Part shown: one piece after another, positions 1-11,162 of the stretch
Position numbering within the stretch: position 1 is the stretch's first letter
Layout of the letters: each line of letters starts with the position of its first letter
DNA from: an uncultured Pseudomonadota bacterium
Lineage (GTDB): Bacteria; Myxococcota_A; UBA796; SXON01
DNA: 64,000 nt
Direction of reading: 5' to 3'
NCBI GenBank assembly: GCA_903844155.1
Contig: CAIMSU010000259.1
Location: 15,808-79,807, forward strand
Notes under the pieces: model-generated
Databases searched by the model: none
The model's input: only the letters and a program-made list of their open reading frames with translations
What the model was told of the DNA's origin: nothing
Translations under genes and position numbers: made by a program

Positions 1-1384
1 CGCGCCACCGGTGCTCCTCCGTCCCAAGGTCAAACGTCTTCCCGTTCCGCGCCTCGATCACGCCGACGCGGCGCTGATGATCGGCCCACAGCGCCACCCT
101 CGGCGCGAGCCAGGCGGCGTCTTTTGGCCCTTCCCCCTCCCAGCCCAGCCGTCCCCACAACGTCTCGCTGTCGGTGCCCCCGTAGTTCCCAAGCGGTCGC
201 CCGTCCTGCGTGAACCCCTCGTGGTACACGCGGTGCCCCACGTACCAGCGAAACGTATCGTCCATCAACCGGCTGAATTCCCCGTTCACCGTGACCGGTC
301 CGACAGCAACCTCGCCGCCGTAGATGTTCGCGACACCCGCCAGCGACGGGTACGGGATCCCGAACGCCTTGCGCGCGATGACGTCCTCGCCGCCGTACTG
401 CCAGTAGCCCTCGGCATGGCGGATCGGCACGTCGGGCAGCCACTTCTGGACGGGGAGGTTGATGCGGAAGTCGAGCGCGACGAGCTCGTCCTGGTCGGGG
501 AGCAGCAGGTTCGGGTCGTTGTAGATGTGCGGCTCGGTCGGAATGATGAGCTGCCCGATGTTCGCGGGCGGGCGACCCTCGCCGCCGAACAGCGTCATCC
601 GCGTGACGCCAAGCTCCAGCTCGGGGATCGGCAGCCAGCGCGCATCGCCGACCATCAAGCCCACGTTGTTCCAGTCGCCGCGCGGCTCGCCGAGCCAGCC
701 CACCTGCAATTCGCCGCGTAGACGGCCGAGGTAGCGGAAGACCCAGGGCAGCCTCCCCTCCCCCGACACCGTGCCCATCCAGGGCGGCACCGCGTTGTCC
801 GTCAACGTGAGCGACCCATGGCGCGAGGGCCCGAACCACCGGTCCTCCCGTCCAAACCCCACCGTCAACCCGCCAACGTGCACGCCCGCCCAGATGTTCT
901 TCACGTCAATGAGCCCGTCGACCGCCGCGCCGTCCGTGGTCAGAAAACCGGTCCGGATCCAGGGCGTCGCCCGCACCTCCACCGGCCCCCAAACGAGGAG
1001 GCCCGCGGTCGAGAGCTGGGGCGTGAAGCCGCCGGGCTCCTCCTCGCCGCCATTGTTCTCGGGCACCCCGTCGCCGACGGAGAGGTGCAGCTTCGGTTCA
1101 ATCAGGTAGAACGCGCCCTTTGACCAGCCGGCCAGCGGGGTCACCGCGCCGTCGAGCGCCACCACAAGCGGATCGTCGATTGGCGCGCCGAGCAGCCTGT
1201 CGACGGCGTCGTCGCGGGCAGCGGCGTCCGACTCGATCTGGCCGGAGGTCTGGTCGATGGCGAGGGGGTCGGCGTGAGCTGGTGCGGGTCCAAGCGCACC
1301 CAGGACCACCACGGTCAGGCCGCAACATGCCGTCGCAGCGCAGCGGTTCGGGCGACGTGCATCAGCGGCAGGCATCGCGCGCAT
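1..1384 (-). CDS. wzi: Capsule assembly Wzi-family outer-membrane protein (3' end runs off window)
   Basis: Manual translation (absent from the ORF track because there is no stop in the window): frame open from ATG 1384 to base 1. Signal-like N-terminus; GFGREDRWFGPSRHGSLTLTDNA resembles the Wzi GR-x-x-x-W-x-GP-x-x-x-GSL-x-L-S/T-x-NA motif; many amphipathic beta-strands. Confidence 0.7.
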   Translation of the reverse strand, partial: MRAMPAADARRPNRCAATACCGLTVVVLGALGPAPAHADPLAIDQTSGQIESDAAARDDAVDRLLGAPIDDPLVVALDGAVTPLAGWSKGAFYLIEPKLHLSVGDGVPENNGGEEEPGGFTPQLSTAGLLVWGPVEVRATPWIRTGFLTTDGAAVDGLIDVKNIWAGVHVGGLTVGFGREDRWFGPSRHGSLTLTDNAVPPWMGTVSGEGRLPWVFRYLGRLRGELQVGWLGEPRGDWNNVGLMVGDARWLPIPELELGVTRMTLFGGEGRPPANIGQLIIPTEPHIYNDPNLLLPDQDELVALDFRINLPVQKWLPDVPIRHAEGYWQYGGEDVIARKAFGIPYPSLAGVANIYGGEVAVGPVTVNGEFSRLMDDTFRWYVGHRVYHEGFTQDGRPLGNYGGTDSETLWGRLGWEGEGPKDAAWLAPRVALWADHQRRVGVIEARNGKTFDLGTEEHRWR

Positions 1385-1399
1385 GGTAGCTTGGCATCG

Positions 1400-2305
1400 A
1401 TGCCGGTGCCCGATCTCCTCCCCGCGGCCTGGCGCCCACTGCCGGCGGAGGGGCCGCCGCCGATTGCGCTGCACGCCCAGCTCCAGGCCATCGGCTGGGA
1501 CTACGGCGACCGCCTTGCCGAGCTGGAGGAGGAGACGATGGGGGGGCGCACCGCCAGCCCCGTGTTCGGCCAGACAGTCGCGCAGGCCGACATCTACTGG
1601 CGCTTGAGGGACGCGACCGGGCGCGGCTCCTGGCTCCCGGACGACGCAGCCACCACCTGGCGCGACACCGCCCTCGCCGGCAGCCTGCTCGCCGTCAACA
1701 AGCTCGTCGACGAGACGGTCGCGCGCGCCCCGCAGATCGAGACGATTCGCACCGCGCTCGACCTCGTCGCCAACCCAAACCTCTCGCTCGCCCTCCCAAA
1801 AGGACGAAACGCGACATTCGGGCATGAGACCGGCGGCGAGAACGCGCGAAAGGTGGCCGCCCAGGAGCTGCAGCAGGCGCCCGACCCGAACGGCCGGGGC
1901 CGACCAATGGTCCCGAAGGTCAACTTCGGCCTCAACTGGAGCACGCGCGCGTCCGACGCACCCCCCGGCACGCCGTTTCTGGAGTACGGCGCGTGGATTT
2001 CAACGACCAGCATCGGGATCAGCAACTTCCGGGCGGACTATGACCTGCTGCACTCCGCCTGGTCGCTGACCGGCCGTGAGAAGCTGGCACGCGGCATCTT
2101 CCTGGTCGCGACCGCTCGCAGTGACACGAAGGCGCCGACCGCATCTGCGTGGACCGCGGGGCTGATGTGGACCCCGCCCTGGACCCTCGGCTGGACCTTG
2201 CGCGCCGACCGAAAGCAGACGTTTGACCTGAACCCGGACGTCACCTGGACCGTCTCGCTCGTCGGCGAAGAGCACACCGCGACGCCCCGCGGCGTACTCT
2301 ACTGA
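1400..2305 (+). CDS. Hypothetical protein, possible beta-rich C-terminal region
   Basis: ORF 1274..2305; ATG 1400 (MPVPDLLP) avoids overlap with wzi; aromatic-rich alternating strands in the C-terminal half. Confidence 0.6.
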   Translation: MPVPDLLPAAWRPLPAEGPPPIALHAQLQAIGWDYGDRLAELEEETMGGRTASPVFGQTVAQADIYWRLRDATGRGSWLPDDAATTWRDTALAGSLLAVNKLVDETVARAPQIETIRTALDLVANPNLSLALPKGRNATFGHETGGENARKVAAQELQQAPDPNGRGRPMVPKVNFGLNWSTRASDAPPGTPFLEYGAWISTTSIGISNFRADYDLLHSAWSLTGREKLARGIFLVATARSDTKAPTASAWTAGLMWTPPWTLGWTLRADRKQTFDLNPDVTWTVSLVGEEHTATPRGVLY

Positions 2306-3120
2306 CCGGGGAGGGCGCCCAGCTTCGTCCGGGCCTCCAGGAACTCGTCCTGCGTGTCCACGGCTGAGCGCCAGCGGTACAGCATCATCGGCTGCACCTT
2401 CATCAACGCGACGATCTGCCGCTGCGCCAGCGCCGATTCGCGGTGCAGCCACCACGCCAGCAGCTTGCGGTCGCGCGCGCCCCCCCGCGAGGCGGTGAGG
2501 ATGGTGCTCGGATGGACGCCGGTGTACCGGGCGACGAAGAGGAGCGCGACTTGCGCCTCGGCCTCCAGGAAGACGTCGTCCCCAAGCGACTCCTTCGCGC
2601 CGCTGTCCCGGTGGTCGGCGCAGTAGCGCACAAATCCGTCCCAACCGCCGTAGTGGGCGAGCAGGCGCTCGGGCTTGAGCCACGCGGGCCGGTCGTCGCC
2701 ACGCCATGCCGAATGGCTCGTCTCCCGACCGCGGTGGAGCTGCTCCACGTCGGTGAACCGTGGCACGGCGGTCGCGTGGATGTAGAACGGCAGGTACTCA
2801 AGGTGCGCGGCGTTCGTGACGGGCCGACGCCAGGAGGGCCGAACAAAGATTGGGCCGCGCTCGCCTTCGATCGCATTGCGGAAGCGGGCGAGCGGCGCCA
2901 GGACGTCGCGGAGGGCCTGCCCAAGCTCCTGCTCGTCTGGCGTCGCGACGAGCAGGTGCGCGTGGTTGGGCGCGAGCGCGTAGGCGGCGACGCTGCAGCC
3001 ACGGCGCGCGAACTGATCGCAGCGGGCGAGAAAATCGTCCCGCAGGACCGCGTCCCGGAACACCGGCACATCATGCGCTGCTTTGATGCCTACGTGGACG
3101 TACGTGGGGTCGTCAGTCAT
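2299..3120 (-). mobile_element. REP-associated tyrosine transposase (RAYT, IS200/Y1 HUH superfamily) with C-terminal HTH-like extension
   Basis: AYALAPNHAHLLV (HUH motif), YIH (catalytic Tyr position), VFRD..RDDFL, G-P-IF, and WLKPERLLAHYG all follow the RAYT pattern; extra ~90-aa helical C-terminus. Confidence 0.8.
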
Positions 3121-3187
3121 GGGATCTCCACCCGCCCGCTATCCCACCGTTACAATCCTCGGCGTGCATTTCGGCACGACCGGCCCC

Positions 3188-4609
3188 TCAGATCGCCATG
3201 CCGTAGAGCCCGTAGAGCATCATCTTCGGGTTGATGGTCTTCAGGTCGATGAGCTGCTTGCGGACTTGATCGTAGCGCATGTAGAACCGACGCAGGCCGT
3301 AGCTCTGCATCTGGATGAGCAGCTCCGGGTCGTAGCCTTCGGGGTGGTAGATGAGGCGGTCGGCGTCGGGGTTGAACGTTGTGTAGTTCTCCCAGTCATC
3401 GCGGAACAGGGTCTTCTGCCACTGGTCCTCGAACAGCTTGGACCCCGGAAAGGGCACGGTGATCGCGAACTTTGCAAAATCGAGCTTGAGGTCGACGGCA
3501 AACTCGATCGTCTCCTTCGTCATCTCCGGCGTCTCGCCCGGCATGCCGATCATGAAGAGCCCGACGGTCTGGATGCCGGCCTTGCGGGCGTTCTCCACGC
3601 CCCAACGCACCTTTTCGGTGGTGAGGTTCTTGTTGACGTTGCCGAGCAGCATGTCGACGCCCGACTCGATGCCGATGAGCACGCGGCGACAGCCGCCTTC
3701 GTACATCGTGCGGCACGTCTCGGCGTCGAGGCGGTCCGCGCGCGTCTCGGAGAGCCACACGCACTTTTGATCGAGCTTGCGACGGACCAGTTCCTCGCAG
3801 AAGGGCGTGAGATCCTTCAGCACGAGCGGGAAGATCGGGTCGACGAGGCCGATCTGCTTCACGCCGTAGCGGTCGACGAGGTACTCGTACTCGTCGACGA
3901 TCTTGATGGGATCGCGACGGCGATACACCTTGCCCGAGTGCAGCAGGCTGCAGTAGTCACATCGGTAGGGACAACCTCGTGAACCCGTCATCGTCAGGAT
4001 GGGCTTGTCCATGTCCGCGAACGGCAGCAGGCCGTAGCGGTGGTAGGGCGTCAGGTCCCAGGCCGGGTAGGCGAGCGAATCGAGATCGCGGCGTAGCGCG
4101 CGCGTTTTGTTCGTCACCGGCTCGCCGTGGACGCCCGCCCGGCGGTCCATCCACGTCAGCCCGTCGACCTTGGAGAAGTCGGTCTCGCCCGACTCCAGCG
4201 CGGCGACCAGCTCGGTGATGGTGTCCTCGCCGTCGTGATGGACCACGAAATCGGCCGAGCCGGCGCGCAGGATGTCCTTGGCGAACACGTCCGCGTGGAC
4301 GGCGCCCCAGACGATCTTCACGTTCGGCAGGACGAGGCGGATGGCCTTGGCCAGCAGCTCGCAGGTCGGCGCGCTTGGCGTCAACACGGTCATGCCGACG
4401 AGGTCGGGCGCGAACCGCTTGGCCCGCTCGACGACCTGTGCGCCGCTGAGCTTTTCGGCGAACATGTCGATGAAGCGGGTCTGCACGCCGGCGGCCACGA
4501 GCGCGCCCGCGATGTAGGCGATGCCCGTCGGGGGCATTGGCTCAAGCAAACTGGCAAAGCGGCCGAGCTTCGCCATGTTCATCGCGGGGTTTATGAGGAG
4601 AACGCGCAT
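3188..4609 (-). CDS. Cobalamin-binding radical SAM protein (class B methyltransferase/BchE-like)
   Basis: N-terminal B12-binding domain (PPTGIAYIA...), GCPYRCDYC cluster motif, GIESG, FMIGMPGET. Confidence 0.9.
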   Translation of the reverse strand: MRVLLINPAMNMAKLGRFASLLEPMPPTGIAYIAGALVAAGVQTRFIDMFAEKLSGAQVVERAKRFAPDLVGMTVLTPSAPTCELLAKAIRLVLPNVKIVWGAVHADVFAKDILRAGSADFVVHHDGEDTITELVAALESGETDFSKVDGLTWMDRRAGVHGEPVTNKTRALRRDLDSLAYPAWDLTPYHRYGLLPFADMDKPILTMTGSRGCPYRCDYCSLLHSGKVYRRRDPIKIVDEYEYLVDRYGVKQIGLVDPIFPLVLKDLTPFCEELVRRKLDQKCVWLSETRADRLDAETCRTMYEGGCRRVLIGIESGVDMLLGNVNKNLTTEKVRWGVENARKAGIQTVGLFMIGMPGETPEMTKETIEFAVDLKLDFAKFAITVPFPGSKLFEDQWQKTLFRDDWENYTTFNPDADRLIYHPEGYDPELLIQMQSYGLRRFYMRYDQVRKQLIDLKTINPKMMLYGLYGMAI

Positions 4610-4661
4610 TCAGGGCTCCAGAGCCGCCGCGGGAAATGCGCGGGCGGAGCGCGCCAGATGG

Positions 4662-5204
4662 CTAGGGGGCGACGGTGTACGGCGTCTCGCTGGAGCCCGA
4701 AACCCCATCCGCAGCCGTCACATAGAGGTAGACCTGATAGCCCACGCTCGTGTCCGAGACCGTCAGGTAGAAGAACAGGATTCCCGTCTGCGTGTCGATG
4801 ATCGCGTCGGTCGCCGTGGGATTCTGGTCCACGATCCCGAGCGTCGCCGTGGAGATCGACGTCGCACCCGTGGAGTCGAGCAGGTTGTAGGTCTCGGTGC
4901 CTCCGACCAGCAACGTGGCGTCCGCTGTGCTCCAGGTCGACGTGCAGTCGATGACCTTCCCGATCTGGGGCTCGGTCTGGAAGGTGCAGCTCGAGCTCAC
5001 GGGTGTCATCCCGCTGCCCTGATGGAGGCTGGTGTCCAGGGGCGCCAGGCCCGTGTCGCCCGAATCCGAGCCCGTCCCAGTGTCCGGTCCGCTCCACACA
5101 GTGCCAGACGCGTAGTGCGTGCCGAGGCCGCTCCACGAGTGGGTCTGGGCGTTGGAGCAGGCCAACATCGGGAGGAGGACGAGGAGTGCCGGAGAGATGC
5201 GCAT
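4662..5204 (-). CDS. Hypothetical Ser/Thr-rich lipoprotein
   Basis: ATG 5204 gives MRISPALLVLLPMLAC (lipobox-like); GTGSDSGDTG linker followed by a beta-rich domain. Confidence 0.7.
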   Translation of the reverse strand: MRISPALLVLLPMLACSNAQTHSWSGLGTHYASGTVWSGPDTGTGSDSGDTGLAPLDTSLHQGSGMTPVSSSCTFQTEPQIGKVIDCTSTWSTADATLLVGGTETYNLLDSTGATSISTATLGIVDQNPTATDAIIDTQTGILFFYLTVSDTSVGYQVYLYVTAADGVSGSSETPYTVAP

Positions 5205-5290
5205 CGAGACCACCGGTGTACGAGGGGACCGGCCAAAGATACCACACTCTGGCGACGAGTTCACCCCGGATGCGCCCGGGTGCGCCTCGA

Positions 5291-6604
<1,314 letters not shown>

Positions 6605-6618
6605 CTAACCCGCCCCCG

Positions 6619-6650
6619 CCCGTCTCAGAAACGCCCTACGCGATTCTGAG
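6619..6650 (+). repeat. REP-like palindromic repeat, copy 1
   Basis: cccgtctcagaaacgccctacgcgattctgag is identical over 32 nt to 37218..37249; stem ctcagaa/ttctgag plus cgc/gcg, loop cctac. Confidence 0.85.
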
Positions 6651-6805
6651 CCGCGGACATAAATTGTCCGGGGCGGTCTGGCTTTAGGCTATTGGATCCG
6701 GCGCTTTGGTTAAGCGCGGTGCCGCCGGGCCTCCGCCGGCTTTTCACTCCCTTGTCACCGTCGCGCGCCAACTGGGGTAAAATCAGGCGCTCCGCGGTGA
6801 TCTCC

Positions 6806-8956
6806 ATGCGCCCCGTTCGACCGTCCGCCCTTCGCCTCGTCGCCCCGGCCGTCGTCCTCCTCGCCCTGAGCGCGCCCGCCGTAGCAAAAACGCTCACGCC
6901 TGCGTCGACCACCGTCCCAGCGTCCTCCACGACCGTCCCCCTCTACGGCGGCGTCGAGGCGACCGACCCCTTCCTCTACGTCGAGGCGCAAGGCTCCGGC
7001 CTGCCCGTCCTCCTCCGCATCGACGCGTCCGGCGCCGCCGTACACCTCTCCAAGGCCGCCGCTGACCGCCTCGGGTTGACGCCGTCCAAGGCGACGACGC
7101 GCGCGAACGCCACGCTCCCGTCCCTGCAGATCGGCTCGGTGACCCTGTCCAATGTCGAGGTCTGGGTCGACGACAGCGTCGCCCCGGCAGGCACCCTCCC
7201 GGTGGACGGGTCGATCGGGCTGCTCGCGTTTCCGAACGTGTCGTGGGCAGTCACGCCGTCGACGGGGACGGTCACCGTTGCGCCGAACTCGGGCGGCGCT
7301 GCGCTTCTGGCGGCGATTCCCCTGCCCCCCGTAAGCGAGCCCGACGCGGGGCACCTCGCCACTGAGACCCTGCGGGTCGGGGGCAACCCGGTCACCCTCG
7401 GTCCCAAGCTCGGCTTTCCGATGGACGTCTCCGGGGTCCCACTCCGGCTGGACTGGGCGACGACGCGCTTGGAGACCAACGTGAGCGGCGAGGTCGACGG
7501 TACCTCCGAGGCGCTGACGCGCTCAAAACGGCCTTTGAAGCACGCAACACCCCTTCCTCCGGCGCCGACGAGCTGGAGCAGCGCCGTTCGCGTGGAGGCG
7601 CGCATGGTCAGCGGGGTGCCGACGAACGTCCATCGTGCGGGGGAGGGAGCGGACTGGTTGGTCGACGGGGCGGACGGCTATGCGGGCATCGACGTCGCCC
7701 AGCACTTCGACCTCGCGCTCGACAACGGCGCTCACAAGGCCGCGATCGCGCTCAGCACCGGCGTCACGAAAGCCGACTACGGCGACCTCCTCGAAGCCCG
7801 CCTGAACGCCGCGATCGCCGCCGCCGGCCCCGCCGCACCCACGTCCGGCCCGCCCTCCCCCGCTGAAAAGAAGCGCCTCACCGCGCTTGCCGCCTACGCC
7901 GACTTCCTGGAGGCGCGCGCCCGGTCGGCGGACGCCCTCGCCCTGCGCAAGGAGGTCGCCGAGGCCACGCCCGACGTCTGCGACGGGTGGTTGGCCTATG
8001 GGACGACCCTGCTGGCGGCCTCGCACCCGAAAGAAGCCGCGGACGCCCTTGCAAAGTCGCAGACCCTCTACGCGCCCTGGGCCGCCCGTACGCCCGCCGA
8101 ACGGACCGAGATCCAGAGCGACAAGGCGAGCGCCGAGAAGCACGGCACCTGGACCGGAATCGAGCCCCAACCCAACGCCTGCTACGTCGCCACCGGCCGA
8201 CTCGCGGCGGCAAAGCTGATTTTGCACGACTACGCCGGCATCTCGGACCTGTACGGGCAGCTCGACCTCGACGCCGGGCTCGCCCGGATCGCCGGCACTG
8301 CAGCGCTCGCCCAGGGCAACCGGGACGAGGCGCAAGCGCGCTTCCGGCAGGCGCAAAAGCTCCACGGCGTGGGCGAGGACGACGGCGCCCGCATCGGCCT
8401 CTACCTCGCCTACCGCGCGTCCAATCCGACCCTTGCAGCCGAGGAAGTGTCCGCGTCAAAATATCAGTTTGACGGGCACACCGACCCCCTTACCCTCGGC
8501 ATCTGGGCGGCGGACGTTCGGGCCCATGGCGACGCCGTCGCCCCCCTGCGCGCCCTCGCCGACGCCCATCCCACCGACCCCGTCCTCCTCGCCGCGCTCG
8601 TGGCGGAGGAGCGCCGCACCGGCACGACTGGGGCTGACGACGACGCGCTCGCCGCGCTGCGTGCCTTTGACCTCGCGCTGGAGGACGCTCCGCGCGACGG
8701 CCGACTTTGGGCGGACTACGCCCTCTTTCTCGTCGCCGAGCACAAGAACGACGAGGCGGGCAAGGCGGCGGACCTCGCCCTGATCTTCGCCCCCAACGCC
8801 GGCGAGACCTGGTACGCCGCGTCCACCGCCGTCGCCGCCGGGATCACGGTCCACGACGGTGGGGCAACGATCGCGCCCGAGCAGGTCGCTGCCACGCTCA
8901 AGCACGCGGGTGTCGTCGGCTACGACAACCCGGCCTACGCGTTGTTGGGCTTGTAA
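6806..8956 (+). CDS. Secreted protein: tandem aspartyl-protease-like domains (degenerate) plus TPR-like repeats
   Basis: Signal peptide from ATG 6806; LLRIDASGAA...DGSIGL and PLRLDWATT...DGYAGID resemble retropepsin lobes; Ala-rich helical repeats in the C-terminal half. Confidence 0.7.
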   Translation: MRPVRPSALRLVAPAVVLLALSAPAVAKTLTPASTTVPASSTTVPLYGGVEATDPFLYVEAQGSGLPVLLRIDASGAAVHLSKAAADRLGLTPSKATTRANATLPSLQIGSVTLSNVEVWVDDSVAPAGTLPVDGSIGLLAFPNVSWAVTPSTGTVTVAPNSGGAALLAAIPLPPVSEPDAGHLATETLRVGGNPVTLGPKLGFPMDVSGVPLRLDWATTRLETNVSGEVDGTSEALTRSKRPLKHATPLPPAPTSWSSAVRVEARMVSGVPTNVHRAGEGADWLVDGADGYAGIDVAQHFDLALDNGAHKAAIALSTGVTKADYGDLLEARLNAAIAAAGPAAPTSGPPSPAEKKRLTALAAYADFLEARARSADALALRKEVAEATPDVCDGWLAYGTTLLAASHPKEAADALAKSQTLYAPWAARTPAERTEIQSDKASAEKHGTWTGIEPQPNACYVATGRLAAAKLILHDYAGISDLYGQLDLDAGLARIAGTAALAQGNRDEAQARFRQAQKLHGVGEDDGARIGLYLAYRASNPTLAAEEVSASKYQFDGHTDPLTLGIWAADVRAHGDAVAPLRALADAHPTDPVLLAALVAEERRTGTTGADDDALAALRAFDLALEDAPRDGRLWADYALFLVAEHKNDEAGKAADLALIFAPNAGETWYAASTAVAAGITVHDGGATIAPEQVAATLKHAGVVGYDNPAYALLGL

Positions 8957-10170
8957 GCGCCAGTCTCGGGCAGCAACGCTGTCCCGACGCCGGCGGCCGC
9001 GAGACAGCCGACGAGCAGGATCACGGCACCCTCCCAGTTGCCCATCGCGCCGCTCATCCACACCATCACCATCATGACCACGACGCCGCCGCCGTTGCCG
9101 GCCATCATCAACAAGCCCGTCGCCGCTCCCGCGAGCGCCTGACCCGCGAGCGCGGTCCCGACGTCAAGCAGCAGCGCGAACGCCGGCAGGAAGAAGAAGC
9201 CTTGCAGGCCCGCTGTGACCATGATGACCGTGAAATTCGTGCTGTGGCACATCGGCCACAGCGTCCCGATGGCCGCGATGACGCTGAGGATGATGAACGG
9301 CTTGCGTCGCCCCGTCTTCTCGGCGAACAAGGGGATGATGCCCGCGCCGACGATGCCGCCGACGATCAGCACACCGCCGACGTAGCCAGCCTGCACCTCG
9401 GTGACGCCGTTGGGGCGAAGGATGAGGTCAATCCACGCGGTCAGGCCGTTGAAGTACCCGAGGCCGAGGAAGGTGATGCCGAACAGCAGCACGAGGGGGC
9501 GAGAAGTCAGCAGCGGGCGCAGGTTTTCGATGACGCCGGCTTCGGGCGGGAGCGGCACGGTGTTGTTCGGGTTGGTGCGGATGAGCGCGAGCGAGAGACC
9601 GGCGATGGCGGCGGAGATCACCGTCCAACCAACCATTGCGCCTTGCATCCCCCAAGCGTCGACCATCGGCGGCGTCGCCGCGAGGCCTGCGGCCATGCCA
9701 ATGAACATGCCGGCCGTGCCGAGGCCGGTCGCGCTCACCACCTCGTCGGCCGCGAACCAGTCGAGCACGAGCTTGGTGATGCCGTTGACGGCGAAGGGCT
9801 GGGCGATGGCCATGCCCGTTTGCGCAGCGACGAGCAGCCAGAAGCCGCCGGTCTCGGGCATGCAGACGATGCGAAGCGCGGCGGAGATCGCCATGATCAC
9901 GGCGGAGAGGCTGATCGCATAGGGGTAGCCTTTCTTGTCGGTGAGCACGCCGGCGGGGATCGAGAGGAAGACGTACAGGAGCGGGAACACCAGCATCAAC
10001 AGGCCAGCGGTCGCGTCGTCCACGTGGTAGTCGGCGGAGATCGTGGGCAAGAGCGGCGCGAAGTTGAGCCAGAGCGCCTGCGAGAGCCCGGCGACGAGCA
10101 TGAACACGCCAAGGACGAGCCAGCGGCGGGCGGATGGGGCGGCGGCGGGCGCGGGACTGGACAAGAGCAC
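8935..10170 (-). CDS. MFS transporter
   Basis: About 12 hydrophobic segments; MFS motif A-like GVLTDKKG and AEKTGRRKP. Confidence 0.9.
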   Translation of the reverse strand: MLLSSPAPAAAPSARRWLVLGVFMLVAGLSQALWLNFAPLLPTISADYHVDDATAGLLMLVFPLLYVFLSIPAGVLTDKKGYPYAISLSAVIMAISAALRIVCMPETGGFWLLVAAQTGMAIAQPFAVNGITKLVLDWFAADEVVSATGLGTAGMFIGMAAGLAATPPMVDAWGMQGAMVGWTVISAAIAGLSLALIRTNPNNTVPLPPEAGVIENLRPLLTSRPLVLLFGITFLGLGYFNGLTAWIDLILRPNGVTEVQAGYVGGVLIVGGIVGAGIIPLFAEKTGRRKPFIILSVIAAIGTLWPMCHSTNFTVIMVTAGLQGFFFLPAFALLLDVGTALAGQALAGAATGLLMMAGNGGGVVVMMVMVWMSGAMGNWEGAVILLVGCLAAAGVGTALLPETGAYKPNNA

Positions 10171-10252
10171 TCCGGGGAAACCGGCGGGTAACCGGGTGCA
10201 CCGCCCTCGCGGCCGCGCGCGGATGCGACCGCGCGATTTTCCCCGTCAACCC

Positions 10253-10323
10253 ATGATCCAGAACCGCCCTCTGCGGTTCTGGATCATCATGATCCAAAAG
10301 CGCCCTCTGCGGTTCCGGATCAT
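10253..10323 (+). repeat. Tandem pair of 35-nt hairpin repeats, same core as 6619/37218
   Basis: 10253..10287 is a perfect 15-bp stem (atgatccagaaccgc/gcggttctggatcat) with loop cctct; 10289..10323 is a variant copy; cgtc lies at 10244..10247. Confidence 0.85.
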
Positions 10324-10342
10324 CCGCCGGATAGGCAGCGGC

Positions 10343-11140
10343 ATGCGCCTCCTCGACCCAGACGGCTGGTCCGCGCCTCCTCGCCTTGCGGGGTGGGGAC
10401 CGAAAGAGCTGGCGTTATACGCCGATGCCATCGACCTCCCCTCCCGGTCGGCCCCGGTGACCTTCCTCGCCACGCTCGCCTTCCGCTGCGCCGGTCCGCT
10501 CCTCACCCGCATCGCCGGCGAGCGCACCCGCGCCATCATCGGCGGCAGCGCCGTCCACATCCTCTCCCCCCTCCCGGACGTCGGCACGCTCACGCTCGAG
10601 CGCACCGCCCGCGTCTACGCCCTCGGCGCGCTCGGCATCGCCGATCTCGAATTCCGCTTCCTGTCCGGCGACGGCCTCGTCGGCGCCGCCGCCCTCCAGA
10701 TCTGGTTCCCCGGCGAGGGCCGCCCGGGCTTCACCGCCCCGCCCCGAACGCCTCGCCCACTCACCCCACAGCGCCCGCCAGACTGGTCCGTCGACGTAGC
10801 GACTGCCCCCGATCAGGCCCGCCGCTACGCGCGCTGCGGCGACTCCAACCCGCTCCACAGCGATCCCGCCGTCGCGGCGCTCCACGAATTCACGGAAGGC
10901 CGCCCGATCCTCCACGGATTGTGCACGTTCGGGCTCGTCGGCCGCGCCATCGCGACCGCCCGCAACGCGCCGCTCGCCAGCCTCTCCGCCCGCTTCGCCC
11001 GCCCCGTCTGGCCCGGCGACACCCTGCGCATCTCCGGCTGGAACGACGCTGAGCACTGCCTCGTTCGCGCCCGGACCCTCGAGCGCCCCGACGACGATGT
11101 GTTGACAGCGGCACGCGCCACGCGTGCGCAACCCGGTTAG
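10343..11140 (+). CDS. MaoC/hydratase-2 family dehydratase
   Basis: YARCGDSNPLH hydratase-2 motif, PILHGLCTFG, RFARPVWPGD; ATG 10343. Confidence 0.85.
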   Translation: MRLLDPDGWSAPPRLAGWGPKELALYADAIDLPSRSAPVTFLATLAFRCAGPLLTRIAGERTRAIIGGSAVHILSPLPDVGTLTLERTARVYALGALGIADLEFRFLSGDGLVGAAALQIWFPGEGRPGFTAPPRTPRPLTPQRPPDWSVDVATAPDQARRYARCGDSNPLHSDPAVAALHEFTEGRPILHGLCTFGLVGRAIATARNAPLASLSARFARPVWPGDTLRISGWNDAEHCLVRARTLERPDDDVLTAARATRAQPG

Positions 11141-11162
11141 TTGATCTTCGGAGATCCACCAC

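Noticed and set aside
2299-3187. Complete IS200/IS605 element
   Set aside because: No tnpB and no subterminal hairpins; both flanks are occupied by host-type genes.
10253-10323. Tandem palindromic 35-nt repeats as a CRISPR array
   Set aside because: Only two units separated by 1 nt, no spacers and no cas genes in the window.
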